From Azolla caroliniana (lineage: Eukaryota > Plantae > Polypodiophyta): a stretch of 64,000 nt of DNA. This document shows positions 63,362 to 64,000 of this stretch, piece by piece (within the stretch, counting starts at the first letter, position 1; the number at the start of each line of letters is the position of its first letter). The stretch spans positions 19,282,001 to 19,346,000 of the forward strand of contig JBHGNT010000001.1 of NCBI GenBank assembly GCA_043228905.1. The letters run 5' to 3'. The notes below the pieces were generated by a model. It saw nothing but the letters and a program-made list of their open reading frames with translations, did not search any database and was not told the origin of the DNA. Position numbers and translations under genes: made by a program.

Positions 63362-64000
63362 TGTTAGGAAATATTGAGAATCAGACTCAACCTCCTTAGT
63401 GTGGGAACACACCTTTGGAATATCCAAGTGTGTGAACATCCCACGGTTGTCCGCCATAAGAGGCCAAAAGTAAATAATGCATAATAAAGAAGCGTATTAA
63501 TTATAATAGAAGCGTTGAAGTAATGCGTGTAACGATTCACGCAGGAAGCATAACTGACTAGGCCCGATTTATATAAAGGGCATATGAACATTGTAAAGGG
63601 TTAGCGCATTTTGGAGCACAGTCTTTTAATATAGTTTCTGTCTTCTTTGATTCCTGTCTCTTGTCTCTTGCCTTTTATCTCTGTGCGTGACTGTGTACAA
63701 GTAGTGTAAGGCGAAGTACGCGTGCGTAATTACGCACATTAGGAGCTCGGTTGTAGCCGTCTCCCATTACGCCTTTTTTATACACTCTACTACATAAGTC
63801 CCTACGTCCTACGCGCTATGCCAACCTCCTCTCCCTTGTACCACGATCACCTTGATACCTACCCTGAAGCACTGAGGGTAAGACCGTGTTCCTAACCGAT
63901 AACACTTTTGGCACGCTTGGTGATCTGTGAATCCTCACAACCGAGCAGCAAGGAATGGATGTCTAGCTACCGACATATCAGAGAACCTACTCAACAAGAT
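63362..64000 (+). mobile_element. 5' end of another LTR retrotransposon: LTR 63362-63904, tRNA-Arg-type PBS at 63909
   Basis: TGTTA...TAACA ends, TATATAAA at about 63570, then CTTT-TGGCACGCTTGGTG; runs off the right edge. Confidence 0.7.

Overview
Eukaryotic plant genomic DNA, probably from a non-seed plant such as a fern (inferred from the retroelement lineages present). About 85% of the window is a nest of LTR retrotransposons. A + strand Athila/Tat-like Gypsy element (A, 923-36645) hosts three minus-strand Gypsy insertions: B (1707-12802, Tcn1/Tf1-like chromovirus, itself interrupted by the young Copia element E, 4409-9836), C (15964-23847, fungal-like Gypsy, tRNA-Trp PBS, 4-bp TSD) and F (26624-33736, chromovirus with identical LTRs and a 1418-aa ORF). 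LTRs, TSDs, PBSs and PPTs can be read directly. Older Copia/Gypsy remnants, solo LTRs and a LINE fragment follow. One host gene is present: a 4-exon DUF212/divergent-PAP2 gene at 54980-58334. Main findings: (1) tRNA-like Pol III A-box/B-box modules sit antisense in the U3 of LTRs from two unrelated Gypsy lineages (7 copies); (2) element A has no polypurine tract but carries a tRNA-Arg 3'-end sequence exactly where the PPT should be, which suggests tRNA priming of both strands; (3) B-type LTRs combine a self-priming PBS with compensatory changes, heat-shock-element arrays and the tRNA-like module. All coordinates were read by eye, and tRNA and lineage assignments are from memory, not database searches.
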